From: Eledone cirrhosa
Lineage: Eukaryota
Reading direction: 5' to 3'
DNA length: 64,000 bases
Assembly: GCA_964016885.1 (NCBI GenBank)
Contig: OZ024743.1
Span: forward strand, 8,742,001-8,806,000
The notes under the pieces were generated by a model that worked only from the letters and a program-made list of their open reading frames with translations, was not told the origin of the DNA and searched no databases. Both the position numbers and the translations under genes were made by a program. Shown piece by piece: positions 1-13,136 of the stretch (the stretch's first letter is position 1; every line of letters begins with the position of its first letter).

Positions 1-1720
1 TACCATCTATCTTTATTGCCCTGCACTTTGTTATACAGCTGTCGTCTTTCATGCGCATCACGTGACCATACCAACGTAGCCTTCTCTCGAGTAAACAACA
101 TCTGATCCCTCTTATTTCTAATTTTTTCCTTAGTTCGTTTATGCTTAGCCGTTCACGTATATTACTATTGCACATCCAGCGGAGCATGCAAGCTTCGTTC
201 CTCTCTAGTCTGCGTATATCCTCTGCACACAATGCCCAGGTCTCACTGCCATGCAGCATTGCTGTTCGTATGCAGGCATCATATAACCTGCCTTTCATTT
301 TTAGGGAGAACCCTTTAGCGGCTAATAGTGGTATAAGCTCTCTGAACTTTTTCCATCCAGTTCTAACTCTAGCTACTGTACTTTCAGAGCACCCTCCCCC
401 ACTGCTGATTTTGTCACCCAGGTAACGGAAGCTGTCCACTATTTCTATAGAACCCTCTGCGCAATTGAAAGAGCTAGTATTTTGTGGGCACTTGCTGCTA
501 CTTATTGCACCAGAGCACCAGCCACATGTAAAATCTATGTTCTTAGTTAGCTTACCTGTGATCCCACTACATCTTTTATGCACCCATACTTTGCATTTGG
601 GACATAAAATGGAGTTTCTACCTACGCCTTTCCTACACACTGAGCATGGCCATTTCCCGGAAGGGACCGCCGCCTTATTTTCTTTCCTACAAACTAGAAC
701 TTTAGTCTTAGCCAGGTTAATTTTAAGGCCTTTTGATTCTAGGCCGTGCTTCCATGTTTGGAATTTCTTCTCTAGTTCGGTCATTGATTCAGCTATGAGC
801 GTTAGATCATCTGCGTATAGGAGTTCCCATGGGCAGCCGGTCTTGAACTCCTCTGTTATAGCCTGAAGGGCAATAATAAATAGTAGGGGGCTAAGAACAG
901 AGCCCTGATGGACACCAACTTTTACGCTAAACTCTTCACTATATTCGTTGTTAATTCTAACCTTGCTGACTGTTTCTTTATACATGGCTTGTATAGCTCT
1001 CACAAGCCATTCGTCAACACCTAGTTTTCTAAGAGCCCACCAGATAATGGAACGGGGGACTCTATTGAAGGCTTTCTCCAAGTCAACAAAAGCTAAGTAT
1101 AGGGGTTTACTTTTAGCTAGGTACTTCTCCTGTAGTTGTCGTACAATGAAAAGAGCGTCTGTGGTACTTTTGCCTGACACAAACCCGAACTGCATTTCAT
1201 CTAGATCAATTCTCTCTCTGATTAGTTGCGCTATTACTTTTTCCGTGACCTTCATGACCTGGTCGATTAATTTAATGCCTCTATAGTTACACCTATCTAG
1301 GGCATCTCCTTTACCCTTGGAACAGTTAATGATGATGCTGCTATGCCAGTCCTTCGGAACAACCCCATTCTGTATGACTTGGTTTACTATCCGGGTGACC
1401 ATGGTGTGTCCCACCGTTCCAGAGGCTTTCAGCATCTCAGCAACTATTTCCGAAGGCCCAGCCGCCTTACCCGTCTTCATATCTTTGATTGCCTTACTTA
1501 TTATACTACCTTCGACTAACACTGCTGGTCCCTCTATTGGGTCGATGTGGGGGAGACTGTCTTTCTCCCATTTGTTCTCCTCATTTAGAAGCCTTTCATA
1601 GTGACACTTCCAAGCTACCTTCTTATCAGCGTCAGTGATGGCAAGTACACCATCATCATTAAGTACACACTTCTCCCCGACAATATCACGGTTTTCCTTG
1701 ACACATGGTTTTCCTTGACA
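1..1720 (-). mobile_element. RTE-clade LINE (PHD-in-RT family), 5'-truncated, 3' end outside window
   Basis: Nearly identical to the RT-coding copies at 38.9-40.8 kb and 46-48 kb; its 5' break abuts a (TA/CA)n tract. Confidence 0.9.
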
Positions 1721-2275
1721 CATACATATATATATACATATACACACATATATATATACATATACACACATATATATATATACATATACACACACACACA
1801 TTTATATATATATACATACACACACATATATATATAGGCTTTCCAGTTTCATTTCATATTATATACATGTCTGTGAATATTTTAATTATTTAAACATTTT
1901 TAAGTTAACATGATTTTTAAAAATATTTTGAAGTTAACGTGATCCAACAGGTCCTGGGTTGTCTAGTATACTACTAAAACTCTGTGATTGTGTCTTGTCT
2001 GTAATTTAATACAGCCAAAACGGTGCATAATGAGAAAATACTGTGAAAGGAAGTTGGCCCTGAAATGGGAATACAAATGGAATGAAACAAGTTTCGCGTA
2101 AATCGGAGCACGGGTTCCTGAGATCTGTGGTTTTACTGGGTACCTTCATAAATAGAGAGAGAGAAGGATAGAGACAAAGAGATAGTAGTTGTGAGAGAAT
2201 AGCCAAATACACTTTCACACGCATGAATACAAATATAAACACACACACACATATATATATATACAAACACAAATG

Positions 2276-2308
<33 letters not shown>

Positions 2309-2310
<2 letters not shown>

Positions 2311-4023
2311 CATCATCATCATCATCGTTTAACATCCATCTTCCATGCTAGCATGGGTTAGATGGGAGTTGTGCCACTTGAGGCAAGGTTGGTCAGGTGA
2401 CCGATCTCGCTCGTGTAGGACTATCTGGCAGGCTTCCTACGGCTGGATGCCCTTCCTAACACCAACCACATTTACAGTGTGGAACTGCGAACTTTTTACT
2501 GTGTTACCTACATGACCACATTACAGCGTGGACTGTGAGTAGTTTTTTATTGTTTTTTTTTGTCGTGACACCTACACAATCTCGATCTCATTATCTCATT
2601 TATTTGTTTGGACTGGATGTTGTGGTACCAACTTTACAGAGAGAGGGTGGTGTGGGTGGGAGTGGGAGGATAGGGTAGGGGTAGTGGATTGGGGTGTATA
2701 TTTGGATAGGAGGTGCCTACTGACTGTAGGTTTTGCTTTGTACATAGGCAAGGTGGGTCTTCTGTATTACAGCGTAGCACCAAAGATCTCGGTCCAGTGA
2801 CATTGTCTTAGAGAAGTGCAAGTATGTAAGGTCGGAATTTATCAGATCGTCCCAGGTTTTTCTGGGTCTACCTACTCTGTAAATACCATCAATTTTGATC
2901 GCCCTGCACTTTTTTATGCAGCTGTCGTCTTTCATGCGCATCACGTGACCATACCAACGTAGTCTTCTCTCAAGTAAACAGCATCTGTTCTCTCTTATTC
3001 CTAATTTCTCACTTAGTTCATTTATACTTTGCCGTTCACGTATATTACTATTACACATGCAACGGAGCATGCATGCTTTGTTCCTTTCCAGTCTGCGCAG
3101 GTCCTCTGTACGCAATGCCTATGTCTCACTGCCATGTAGCATTGCTGTTCGTATACAGGCATCATACAATCTGCCTTTCATTTTTAGAGACAAACCTTTT
3201 GTGGCCAACAGCGGTATAAGCTCTCTGAACTTTTTCCATCCCGTTCTGACTCTAGCTACCGTACTTTCAGAACACCCACCACCACTGCTGATTTTGTCAC
3301 CCAGGTAACGGAGAGTGTCTACTATTTCTATAGAACCATCTGGGCAATAGAAAGAGCTAGTATCCTGTGGACACTTGCTACTTATTGCACCTGAGCATTG
3401 GCCACATATAAAGTCTACGTTCTTAGATAGTTTACCTGTGATCCCACTACATCTTTTATGTACCCATACTTTGCATTTGGGACATAAAATTGAATTACTG
3501 CCTACTCCTTTCCTACACACTGAGCATGGCCATTTCCCTGAGGGCACCTGTGCCCTATTTTCCTTTCTACAAACTAGAACTTTAGTCTTAGACAAGTTAA
3601 CTTTAAGGCCTTTTGATTCTAGACCATGTTTCCATGTTTGGAATTTATTCTCTAGTTCAGCCATTGATTCAGCTATGAGCATTAGATCGTCTGCGTATAG
3701 AAGTTCCCATGGGCAGCCGGTTTTGAACTCCTCTGTTATAGCCTGAAGGGCAATAATGAATAGGAGGGGGCTAAGGACTGAGCCTTGATGAACGCCAACT
3801 TTTACACTAAATTCTTCACAATATTCATTGTTAATTCTACCCTTACTGACTGTTTCTTTATACATAGCTTGTATAGCTCTCACAAGCCATTCATCTACAC
3901 CTAGTTTTCTATGAGCCCCCCAGATAATGGAGCGGGGGACTCTATCAAAGGCTTTCTCCAGGTCTACAAAAGCTAAGTAGAGGGGTTTACTTTTAGCTAG
4001 GTACTTCTCTTGTAGTTGTTGTA
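2309..4023 (-). mobile_element. RTE-clade LINE copy, 5'-truncated, frameshifted
   Basis: ORFs 3119..4222 ([29 protein letters not shown]) and 2717..3115 ([10 protein letters not shown]); 3' UTR and (GAT)n tail at ~2310-2326. Confidence 0.92.
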
Positions 4024-4257
4024 CATATATATATATACAAACACACACACATACATATACACATGCACACACACACACACATATACAAGCACACATGCAC
4101 ATACACACATATAAACACACACAAACATATATATAAACACATACACACACACACACATATATATAAACACATACACACACACACATATATATAAACACAC
4201 ACATATATATAAACAAACACACCTATATATATATAGAAACATACAAACGCACACATG

Positions 4258-4770
4258 CCTCACTCTCTCTCACAAATACCCCTCTCTCACTAAACCAACA
4301 AACTCTCTCCCCCTCACTCTATACCATCACATAACTCACTCTCTCACAATTCCGCCTCTCTCACTAGACCACCAAATTCACTCCCCCTCTCTATATCTCA
4401 CTACATACCACACTTTCTCTAACAATTCCCCCTCCTTCACTAAAACAAAAAACTTACTCCCCCTCATACTACTACATACCTCACTCTCTCTCAATTCCCC
4501 CTCTCTCACTAGACCACTAAGCTATCTCCCCCTCTCTATATCCCACTACATACCTCACTCTCTCCCACAATTCCCTCTCACACTCAGCCACCAAATTTTC
4601 TCCCCCTCTCTATATTCCACAACATACCTCACTCTCTCACTCTCACAATAACCCCTCTCTCACTAGGCTAATAAACTCTCACCTTTCTCTATATCCCACC
4701 ACATACCTCACTCTCTCTCACAATTCCTCCTCTCTGACTAGACCACCAAATTCTCTTCCCCTCTCTATAT
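4258..4770. repeat. ~75-bp CT-rich minisatellite, left part
   Basis: Recurring ctcactctctcacaattcccctctctcactagaccaccaaattctctccccctctctatat..cactacatac units. Confidence 0.85.
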
Positions 4771-4967
4771 CAATTAACACTTGATATAGACGTGATTTAC
4801 TTTGCTCCGGATTTTTGTCAAAAAAAACTGTGAGTTTATTGATCAATGTAATAACATTGTTTGGTTTAGCCCCTTGCCTTGGCCGTCAGACGTTAAGTCA
4901 ACAAATTTTCGCCCCTTTCTGGGGCGAAATTTTCAATTTTCATCTAAAAACTGTAGACTTGGTGGCA

Positions 4968-6748
4968 ATGGATGCCATTTCCACCTCGCACACTGTCGTG
5001 AGTGCCACGCCCACTAAGAAAAGTGGTGGAGGGAAGGTAGGAGTGCAAAGCTTGCAGCCATCCCCCCTCGCATCATCGAAAAACGTGGAAAATATCGAAA
5101 CCGCGAAAGCAAATCCAGTAAATAATACCAGCACCAACAACAAGAACAATGACAACAACACCACAACCAACAACTGCAACAATAGCAACACCAATATTAC
5201 CAACAGTGACAGTAACACGAAAGACAACAACACCAAAACAACATTTGCACAGACCGTAAAAAAAAACGAACTATACACGCCAATAGACATAACAAATGCT
5301 AAACAACTATTACAAGACGCAAAACAATTTGTGACTTTTGGTGAAAACGGTGCTTTTAGCATTAATTCTCCACAGGAATTACGTAGAGAGGCTGTCCTGA
5401 AAACCACAGTTTTCAGGACAATATCGAACGTAACAAGAAAACCAGCGCAATTATCACAAAATGAGATTGAGGTGGTTCTAAAAGACGCAATGAAGGACTT
5501 AACCTTCATACAAAAAGGTAAACTGTTTGGTAGCATTTCGGTGCTGATGAACAACCAGTCAACAGCTCAAAAGTACTCGATAGCACCCATTGTGACCCCC
5601 ACTTCACCTTTTACCCCACATACAGAGGAAAAAGGACACAAAGAATAAAAATAATGAGTATCACACCAAATGTAAACATTTGGTGGATACTATGTGGAAT
5701 AATAAACTTGGACGAAGACAATATAATTTCAATAGGAAAGTGCTCCGGAGGTGTATTTGGTGGGACCACAGTAGAAGTTCTGGTGCAAATGAGCCCAGAA
5801 CGAATAGCGAATATCCCACAACGCGTGCCTCTGGACGGGCTAACTTATATAAACATTTCAGTGGAGGGAAGGCGGCCGTCATGTTTCCACTGCTTAAGCA
5901 GGGGTCACCTGAGGGCTGCCTGTCCTCAATTAACGAGTGAAAAAAAAAGGCTCTTCTGCCAACCCCGAACACAACAACACAACCACCACCACCACCACCA
6001 CCACCACAACAACAACACGGAAAAATAACAACACAAAACACTGTTCCACCCAACCCCTCCCCACCTAAAACAAATATAAAAGCAACCACAGCAAAACCCC
6101 AAAATATACCCCTCCCCAACAACACGGAAGAGGACTCCGTATCAACGTCACCCAGTGACGACGAGGGAGAACCCTTTCAACAGGTGAAAAGGAAAAAAAA
6201 AAAGGCACCACATTAACAAAAATGCCACAAACACACAGCCACCAGCACAAACAGAACAAACATCACAACCCCCCCCCCCCCCCACCCCTCCCCAAAACAT
6301 AACACGTACTATAAAACGCAAACACCCGCAAGAACAACAAACAAAAACAAACACAACACAACAAAAACTCTATACATACATTAACAAGAACAATAAAACG
6401 TTGATGAAAGCGATAGAAAATAACCCTTCGGTGGAAACCGAAGGGATCACTTTCACCTACGCAGCGAACAAACCGCACCTAATGATGATTAGGGTCCCAA
6501 CGGAAACCTATGTAACTTTGAAAAAGAACCATCCAATGCATGTGGGGACCAACTGCACCAAACCACATAACAGCGTCCTATTGAGATGTTTCCCCACCCC
6601 CACACCAGACACCCACACCCCACCAAACACCCTAATCCCACCACACACTGATGTCCTCACCCCACTACAAACCACCACCCCACCAAACAACCCTTCCAAC
6701 ACCCCCATGGAAATTGTGAAGCCTGGCCCCCAGGAGACGAAGAGGTAA
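4968..6748 (+). pseudogene. Tx1-like ORF1 (gag-like nucleic-acid-binding protein), frameshifted
   Basis: Split over ORFs 4815..5648, 5654..6028 and 6401..6748; zinc knuckle CFHCLSRGHLRAAC at 5882-5923; low-complexity N/T/P tracts. Confidence 0.75.
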
Positions 6749-6790
6749 GTAATTTCCTTTCCTCTTCCTTTTTACCTCTTCAGCACCAAC

Positions 6791-9700
6791 ATGGCCAATA
6801 TAAGAGTTGGATGTGTGAATGCACACGGCTTGGGGATGTCCTGGAAACAGGGCAAACTCTTAAATGAACTCAGGTTGCACAGAGTGGATGTAATGGTTAT
6901 TTGCGAGTCCAGGATCAGCAGCGAGCGCCAACTGGCCCCCATCTTCGACGACTTTGAGATCTACGCATCTCTCTGTCAGCCGAGGGGTGGGGGTGGGGTT
7001 GTCGTTCTGCTGCGAAAATACCTGGGTCTCGCCACACAGAAGGTACACCTGGACCCGGAGGGTCGACTGGTGGTTTTAGACGTCGGCAGTGGTGAAGGTG
7101 GAGCTTTCAGGCTGGTGGCAGCGTATGCCCCATCGGGGACACCGCGACCAGACTTCTTCCGACGCCTGGAGAATTTCCTGGGAACGTCTCACTCCTTGCT
7201 TTTAGTGGGGGACTGGAATGGTATCCTGGATGCACGTTGGGACTATGTAAGGGCATGTCCCGATAGAGGGGGGTGTAACAGCCTCAAACGATTAATCGGC
7301 CGATTTGATCTGGCCGATAGATATCGACTGGATTTTCCGACTGTGCCACGGTGGACGTGGAATAATCGCAGCGGAACATCCAGGTCGTACCTAGATAGGT
7401 TCCTAATTAGAAATAAGGATAGGGACATATTAAGCTGTCCACGAATGTTCATGGTTGACTATTCGGATCACAAGTTGTTGACCGGAGTGGTCAACCTTGA
7501 TAGAACTCATAGACAGGGACCCGGTTACTGGAAGTTAAACTTGTCTTTACCGACAAACAAAGCTTACAGTAAGCGGATTAGCACACTAGTTAAGCAGCGT
7601 TTGACGGGGCAATTGTCAACAGCAGGTGGTGGGGCTCTCTCAAGAGAGAAATTAGAATAGAATCGATAGGTTTTAGTCGGGAATTAGCATCGGATAGGAA
7701 TAGAACTGAAAGGGAATTAACAAATAGAGTAGAAGAGGCGATTAGGAGTGGCAACGTGGCCGGCGTGCTGGCGTCAAGAATGGCCCTAGACCAGTTCTTT
7801 GATGCGAAGCACGAGGGCTGCGTTGTCAGGAGTAAAATACGTGCTCTGGGTAACGAGGGAGCCAAAGCTGTTAGCTGGGCCCGAGTGACAGAGGCAAAAA
7901 GTGGAAACAAGTCCACGATTCGGTCTTTGAAGGACCAGGATGGACGCGTGATCCTTGAACCTGAGCGGATGAGCGCGGCCTTTCAACGGCGCTTTGCACG
8001 ACTGTTCGGGAGGGACGGCAGGCCGGGTGGGGCCATGGATTTCGGTCCATACCTCGACGGTCTGGCACGGCTCTCGGACGGGGAGGCGAAGTCCTGCGAG
8101 AGGCCGATTTCAGCCGCTGAAATAGGGAAAGCGCTGAGCCAATGCGGCAAACGCAAATCTCCGGGTCTCGATGGTCTACCATACGAACTTTATGTAGCGA
8201 TGCCGGGCTTGTTCTCCAGTCTCCTCGAGGCGGTCTACTGCAACTGGCAACAGAACGGGAGAATTCCCAGTTCTGTGACCAAGGGCGTAGTCACGCTGGT
8301 GAGGAAGGACGAGAACAAGGGGGATGACATAGATAACTTCAGGCCCATAACTCTGCTAAACACAGAGTTAAAGATTTTGGCCAAGGTGTTAGCGAAGAGG
8401 TTGGCGCTTGTCGTCGGGAACCTGGTGGGAGAAGCGCAGACATGCGCAATCCCGTCCAGGTCCATACACGACAACCTCCACCTCATGCGATACATCGTAG
8501 AGAGGGTAGGGAACGAACCCGGCTTTGGTGGGGCCCTGATCAACTTGGATCAATCTAAAGCGTTCGATAGGGTTGACCATCGGTACCTGGATGCGGTGCT
8601 CGCGGCGGCACGCTTCGGACCCATTTTCAGGGGCTGGATTGCTGCAATGCACAGCAGCAACACCTGCTCGAGGGTCAAGGTGAACGGCTACCTCTCGGAG
8701 CCGTTCCAAATCACGCGATCCATTCGACAGGGATGCCCTCTCTCCTCCCTCCTGTATGTGCTGGCTCTCGAGCCACTACTGAGGAAGCTGGAGCTGTTGC
8801 AGGGCATCCCCTTGGAACCGGGATTGCGGAAAGCGGTGTCGGCCTACGCCGATGACGTGACAGTAATGGTGTCGTGCGCCTCGGAAATCGGGCAGATCGG
8901 CACCTTACTGGAGGAATATGAAAGGTTCACAGGAGCCAAGCTGAACCGGGACAAGTCCGTCGGTTTGCAACTCGGGACGTGGAGGGGCAAAACGATGCCC
9001 TCCGACGGCATTGTCGAATGCTAGATGGAGGGACCGGTGAAGCTGCTCGGGGTCTGGTTCGGACCGGACCTCCAGGTGGAGAAAAACTGGGACGAGGCAA
9101 CGGGCAAGGTGTTTGCACTCGCCCAGAAGTGGGCCGAGTGCAAACTATCCCTGAAAGGTCGAGCGGAGGTGGCGAACGCTTATATAGCGTCCATCATCTA
9201 CTACCCCTTAACCGTCGTGCCTTGCCCAGAGAAAACACTCGCCAAAATGGAGCGCGCGCTCTTCCGATTTCTTTGGAAGAAGCGAGCTCCTTTGGTGAGA
9301 AGATCCATCTGCTGTCAACACCCTTCGAACGGAGGGCTGGGGATGCCGTGGCTGACGATGCGTAGACACGCATTAAGGCTACGGCACCTCCAGGTATTCC
9401 TCACCGGTCAGCCGGTGTGGGCCCTGTTTGTGAGGCGAGCCTTTCCGAGACTCGTCTCACTCACCGAGCTGCAATCCTGGGTCAAGCAAAGACCGAGAAA
9501 AATGGGCGACTGGCACATTGAATGTGCCCAGGCGCTCACGGCCCTCTGGCAAGCGGATCCGGCAATCAGTGGAGACTCAACCTTAACATTCTATAGAGGG
9601 TTGGTGCGCAGTAAGTGCGACGACGCTCTCGGACAGGCTCTGGGCATGGAGGAAGACGAGCTGGCCAGTCTGTTCGGTTGGACGTTTGGCCCGGGACCGA

Positions 9701-10223
9701 TGGACAACTTCCAAAAGTCCCTGGCTTGGCAATGTTATCGAGGAGCTCTACCCGTTCGGGACAAGCTCTACAGACACGGGCGCCCGGGTAGGGACCCCTC
9801 GAAGAAGATCTGTCCAAGATGCGTGTGTGACGAGGAAACCGTCGCACACGCATTCGTACACTGCCCGGGCGTTGCTGACCTGTGCGGCTATGTAGAACGA
9901 CTACTGTCGCGGGTGGGACCAATCCGGTTGACCACCGAGAACATTGTCACAATCAAACCGCCTCCCCCTTTCAAAAACGAAGGAGAGGCGGTTTTCCTCT
10001 GATAGCCATGGCGAAAGAAGTTGTCTGGTGGACAAGGTTGACAGGGCTGAGGTCAGACACCTATCTCTCCGGCCAACAACTGGTCTTTTTTTTCAAGTAC
10101 CACTTTAGAAGAAGGATCAGAATGGAGAGAGAGGTGCTGTACCCCAGCAAGTTTTATGAAAGATGGGTGAAAGTAGCGAGAATGGCCCGAGTGAATGGGC
10201 CTTCTCTCTATATCAGCCTGTAG
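6791..10223 (+). pseudogene. Tx1-like ORF2: apurinic-type endonuclease, reverse transcriptase, zf-RVT
   Basis: APE motifs VNAHGL, GDWN, YLDRFL, SDH; RT motifs KSPGLDGLP, FRPITLLN, LDQSKAFDRV, RQGCPLS, YADD; CPRC..ETVAHAFVHC; frameshifts near 7600 and 10000, in-frame TAG at 9022-9024. Confidence 0.92.
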
Positions 10224-10425
10224 GTGAGAGAGGAGAAGAATGAGGAGAGGAAGGAAGCACCCGCTCTTTGTGCTCCTGAAGAGGAGGGTTGCACATTTTT
10301 TCGGGGGTGTGTGCGACCCATGTCAACGCCCCTCCCTATTGAGGACATCGATTGTTAAATTTAATTTGTTATATGTTTTTTACACGTCTTTGATGCCCTG
10401 GTGGCAAATAAATAGTAATATATAT

Positions 10426-10582
10426 CTCACTACATAAACACACTCTCTCACAATTCCCCCTCTCTCAATAGACCAACAAATTCTCTCCCCCACTTTATAT
10501 TCCACCACATACCTCACTCTCTCACAATTCCACCTCTTTCGATAGACCACCAAATCCTTTCTCCCTCTTTATATCCCATTAC
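10426..10582. repeat. ~75-bp CT-rich minisatellite, right part
   Basis: Same unit resumes in register after the Tx1 element. Confidence 0.85.
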
Positions 10583-10670
10583 AATACTTTTTACTTTGAA
10601 ACAACAAATGCTGTGAGAGAGTAGCGAATATTTCCCGCTAAATAGAAAAGATTTCTAAGTGTGTGTGTAA

Positions 10671-10702
<32 letters not shown>

Positions 10703-10884
10703 CCAGTGCAAATAGGTCACAAACACACATATATATATATATATATGTATATACATATACACACACACTCATATATATATATATATATATATATTTATTA
10801 AAATAACAGATTAAAGTTTAAGCAAAGAATCGCTGCTTTCACCCTTAACGGGATCTTCTGAAACTAACAAAGTCAATATATTAT

Positions 10885-11322
10885 ATCATCATCATCATCG
10901 TTTAACGTCTATCTTCCACGTTAGCATGAGTTAAGATGGGAATTATCCTACTTGAGGCAAGATTGGTCATCTCGCTCGTATAGGACTGTCTGGCAGGTTT
11001 TCTACGGCTGGATGCCTTTCCTAACACCAACCACGTTTACAGTGTGGACTGGGAGGTTTTTACCGTGTTACCTACATGGCCACATTACAGCGTCGACTGT
11101 GTGTTTTTTTGTTGTGACACCTACACAACCTCATTTATTTTGGACTGGATGCTGTGGTACCAACATAATTTTACAGAGAAAGGAGTGGTGTTGATGGAGG
11201 TGGAGTAGGGGTAGTGAGATGGGGGTGTATATTTGGTTAAGAGGTGCCTACTGACTGTGGTTTCGCTTTGTACATAGGCAAGGCGGGTCTTCTGTATTAC
11301 TGCGTAGCGCCAAAGATCTCGA
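10885..11322 (-). mobile_element. RTE LINE 3' end only
   Basis: (GAT)n tail, 3' UTR and last ORF codons matching the other copies. Confidence 0.85.
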
Positions 11323-11362
11323 TATATATATATGCAAAGATTAGCTTTTAAATCATTTTTAC

Positions 11363-11497
11363 TTCCTTACACATGTTTCAAGAGAGTTGTATGTCAAATT
11401 ATTCAAATAATACTAGGTGAAAATTCGTATAATCAAGATCTATGATAACACAATGATATATAGATGTATTGTTTACACTTCTTCATCTGCGGAGGAA
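11363..11497 (-). ncRNA. Degenerate type I hammerhead ribozyme with long stem II insert
   Basis: UUCCU-CCGCAGA-[~105 nt]-GAAAC-AUGU-GUA-AGGAA; 5-bp stem I in exact register; core A6 replaced by C. Confidence 0.5.
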
Positions 11498-11597
11498 TAA
11501 ATAAATACATTACATTGAAGCAGCATGTATCCAAAATTCAATTGATGATATCGCTTATACTAATAATAGATCTTTGGTCTATGGGTTTATATATACT

Positions 11598-11631
<34 letters not shown>

Positions 11632-11708
11632 TATGTAAAAGGTAAACAGAAATAACAACACAATCGGTACAGTATATTAGGTTAAAGCTTGATATAGCAG
11701 GAAGAGGG

Positions 11709-11744
11709 CCTTAATGTTTCGGACGCTAGTCCTTCATCAGAAGA
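11709..11744 (-). ncRNA. Minimal type I hammerhead ribozyme (Penelope-type)
   Basis: UCUU-CUGAUGA-A-GGAC(UAGC)GUCC-GAAAC-AUU-AAGG; stem III AC/AU looks like CpG decay of ACGU. Confidence 0.75.
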
Positions 11745-11878
11745 AAGAATGAGAAATAAGATAGATTGAGGGGACGGGCGGGATGGAATTGGAAAAAATG
11801 TCTTTAGATAAAAAAAAACAAACAAAAAAAAACAGGTCCATTCATGTTGACATCTCTTGCAAATATATATATATATAT

Positions 11879-13050
11879 GGAAGATCAACCACCAGTCACA
11901 TCCTGATGCTGAGGAGGATATTAGATGGAGCTAGAGCAAAGTGCCTTCTTGCGGTCATGGTTTTCATTGACTTTAGAAAGGCCTTTGATTCTGTGGACCG
12001 TCACTGCCTGATGAAGATCTTACAGGCTTATGGAATCCCCAAGAAGATAGTGGACCTGATATCACTGCTCTACACCAACACCAAAGCCCAAGTCATTACA
12101 CCTGATGGGATGACAGAGTTCTTTGAGATACTGGCTGGAATGCTTCAGGGAGATACATTGGCTCCCTACCTTTTTATCATCGTAGTGGACTATTGTATGC
12201 GCCTTGCACTGGAGAAACACCAGGACTCTGGCTTTACTGTAGCACCGGCTCAGAGCAGGAGAGTTAAGGCGAAAAAGATATCAGATGCTGAATTTGCTGA
12301 CGACATAGTTTTGGTGACAAATACAGTGAAGGAGACAGAGGATTTGATGCAGGAGGTTGAGACTGTGTTGATGAGTGTGGGGCTGAGAATGAATGAGACT
12401 AAAACAAAATATCTGGTAGAGAATGTTGAGAAGCCAGAGAGGATCACTAATGTAGGCGGGAAGCCGCTAGAATTGGTTGAGGACTTCCTGTATTTGGGAG
12501 CAAAGATTGTGAATATGGAAGATGATGTGGTTGAGAGGAAGAGCAAAGCCTGGGCGGTGTGCCACAGCTTGAAATCGGTGTGGAAATCGGACCTTCGTAA
12601 AGACCTGAAAATCCGCCTCTTCATTGCTATAGTGGAGTCTGTGCTGCTGTACGGGTCTGAGACTTGGACACTCACCAAGAAACTCACTCAGATGGTCGAT
12701 GGGTGCTACACGAGAATGCTGAGGATGGCTCTGAACATTAATCAGTATACACTCAGGATGAAAAACTCAGAGTTGTATGGGACCTCCTAAAAGTCAGCTC
12801 AAAAGTGACACACAGGAGACTGAGGTTAGCTGGACATGCTCACCAACATCCAGAGTTGACATTGCTCTCAGTGCTCCTGTGGGAGCCCCTACATGGACAC
12901 ACTGGAAGAGGAAGACCAAGGTTAACGTATGTTGATGCCCTAAGGACAGATACAGATCTGTTGGAGACGCAGGACATGGCAGCGATAATGAGGGACAGAG
13001 ACTGCTGGAGAGAACTCGTCCATGGATCTCGGGAATTTTACCCGCCCTAG
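11879..13050 (+). mobile_element. RTE-clade LINE of a second family (no PHD insert), 5'-truncated
   Basis: FIDFRKAFDSV, QGDTLAPYLF, FADD, FLYLG, LLYGSETW, then RRLRLAGH after a frameshift; both ends abut (TA)n. Confidence 0.9.
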
Positions 13051-13136
13051 AAAATATATATATATACAACCCTTTTAGAGAACTCTTTGGATTTTGGTCT
13101 TTGTATTTATTATTACTATATATATATATATATATA

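Larger units (their letters stand above)
4772..10420 (+). mobile_element. Tx1/L1-clade non-LTR retrotransposon, near full length, disrupted
   Basis: ORF1 with CCHC knuckle; ORF2 with APE, RT and C-terminal CCHC; AATAAA at the 3' end; candidate TSD tatatc at 4766-4771 and 10421-10426. Confidence 0.92.

Noticed and set aside
141-1601. Recurrent + strand ORFs ([11 protein letters not shown]..., ...[13 protein letters not shown])
   Set aside because: Antisense shadows of the RTE RT frame, repeated only because the element is repeated
1940-2140. Possible non-autonomous Helitron ends (gtctagt, tatactactaaaac)
   Set aside because: Terminal motifs are too degenerate to call without a consensus
9022-9024. 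Programmed readthrough or recoding in Tx1 ORF2
   Set aside because: TAG most simply derives from a TGG codon; the copy has other disabling frameshifts
10826-10864. Hammerhead-like CAGAAGA-UCCC(GUUAA)GGGU-GAAAG on minus strand
   Set aside because: No pairing stem I or NUH triplet in register; at best a decayed remnant
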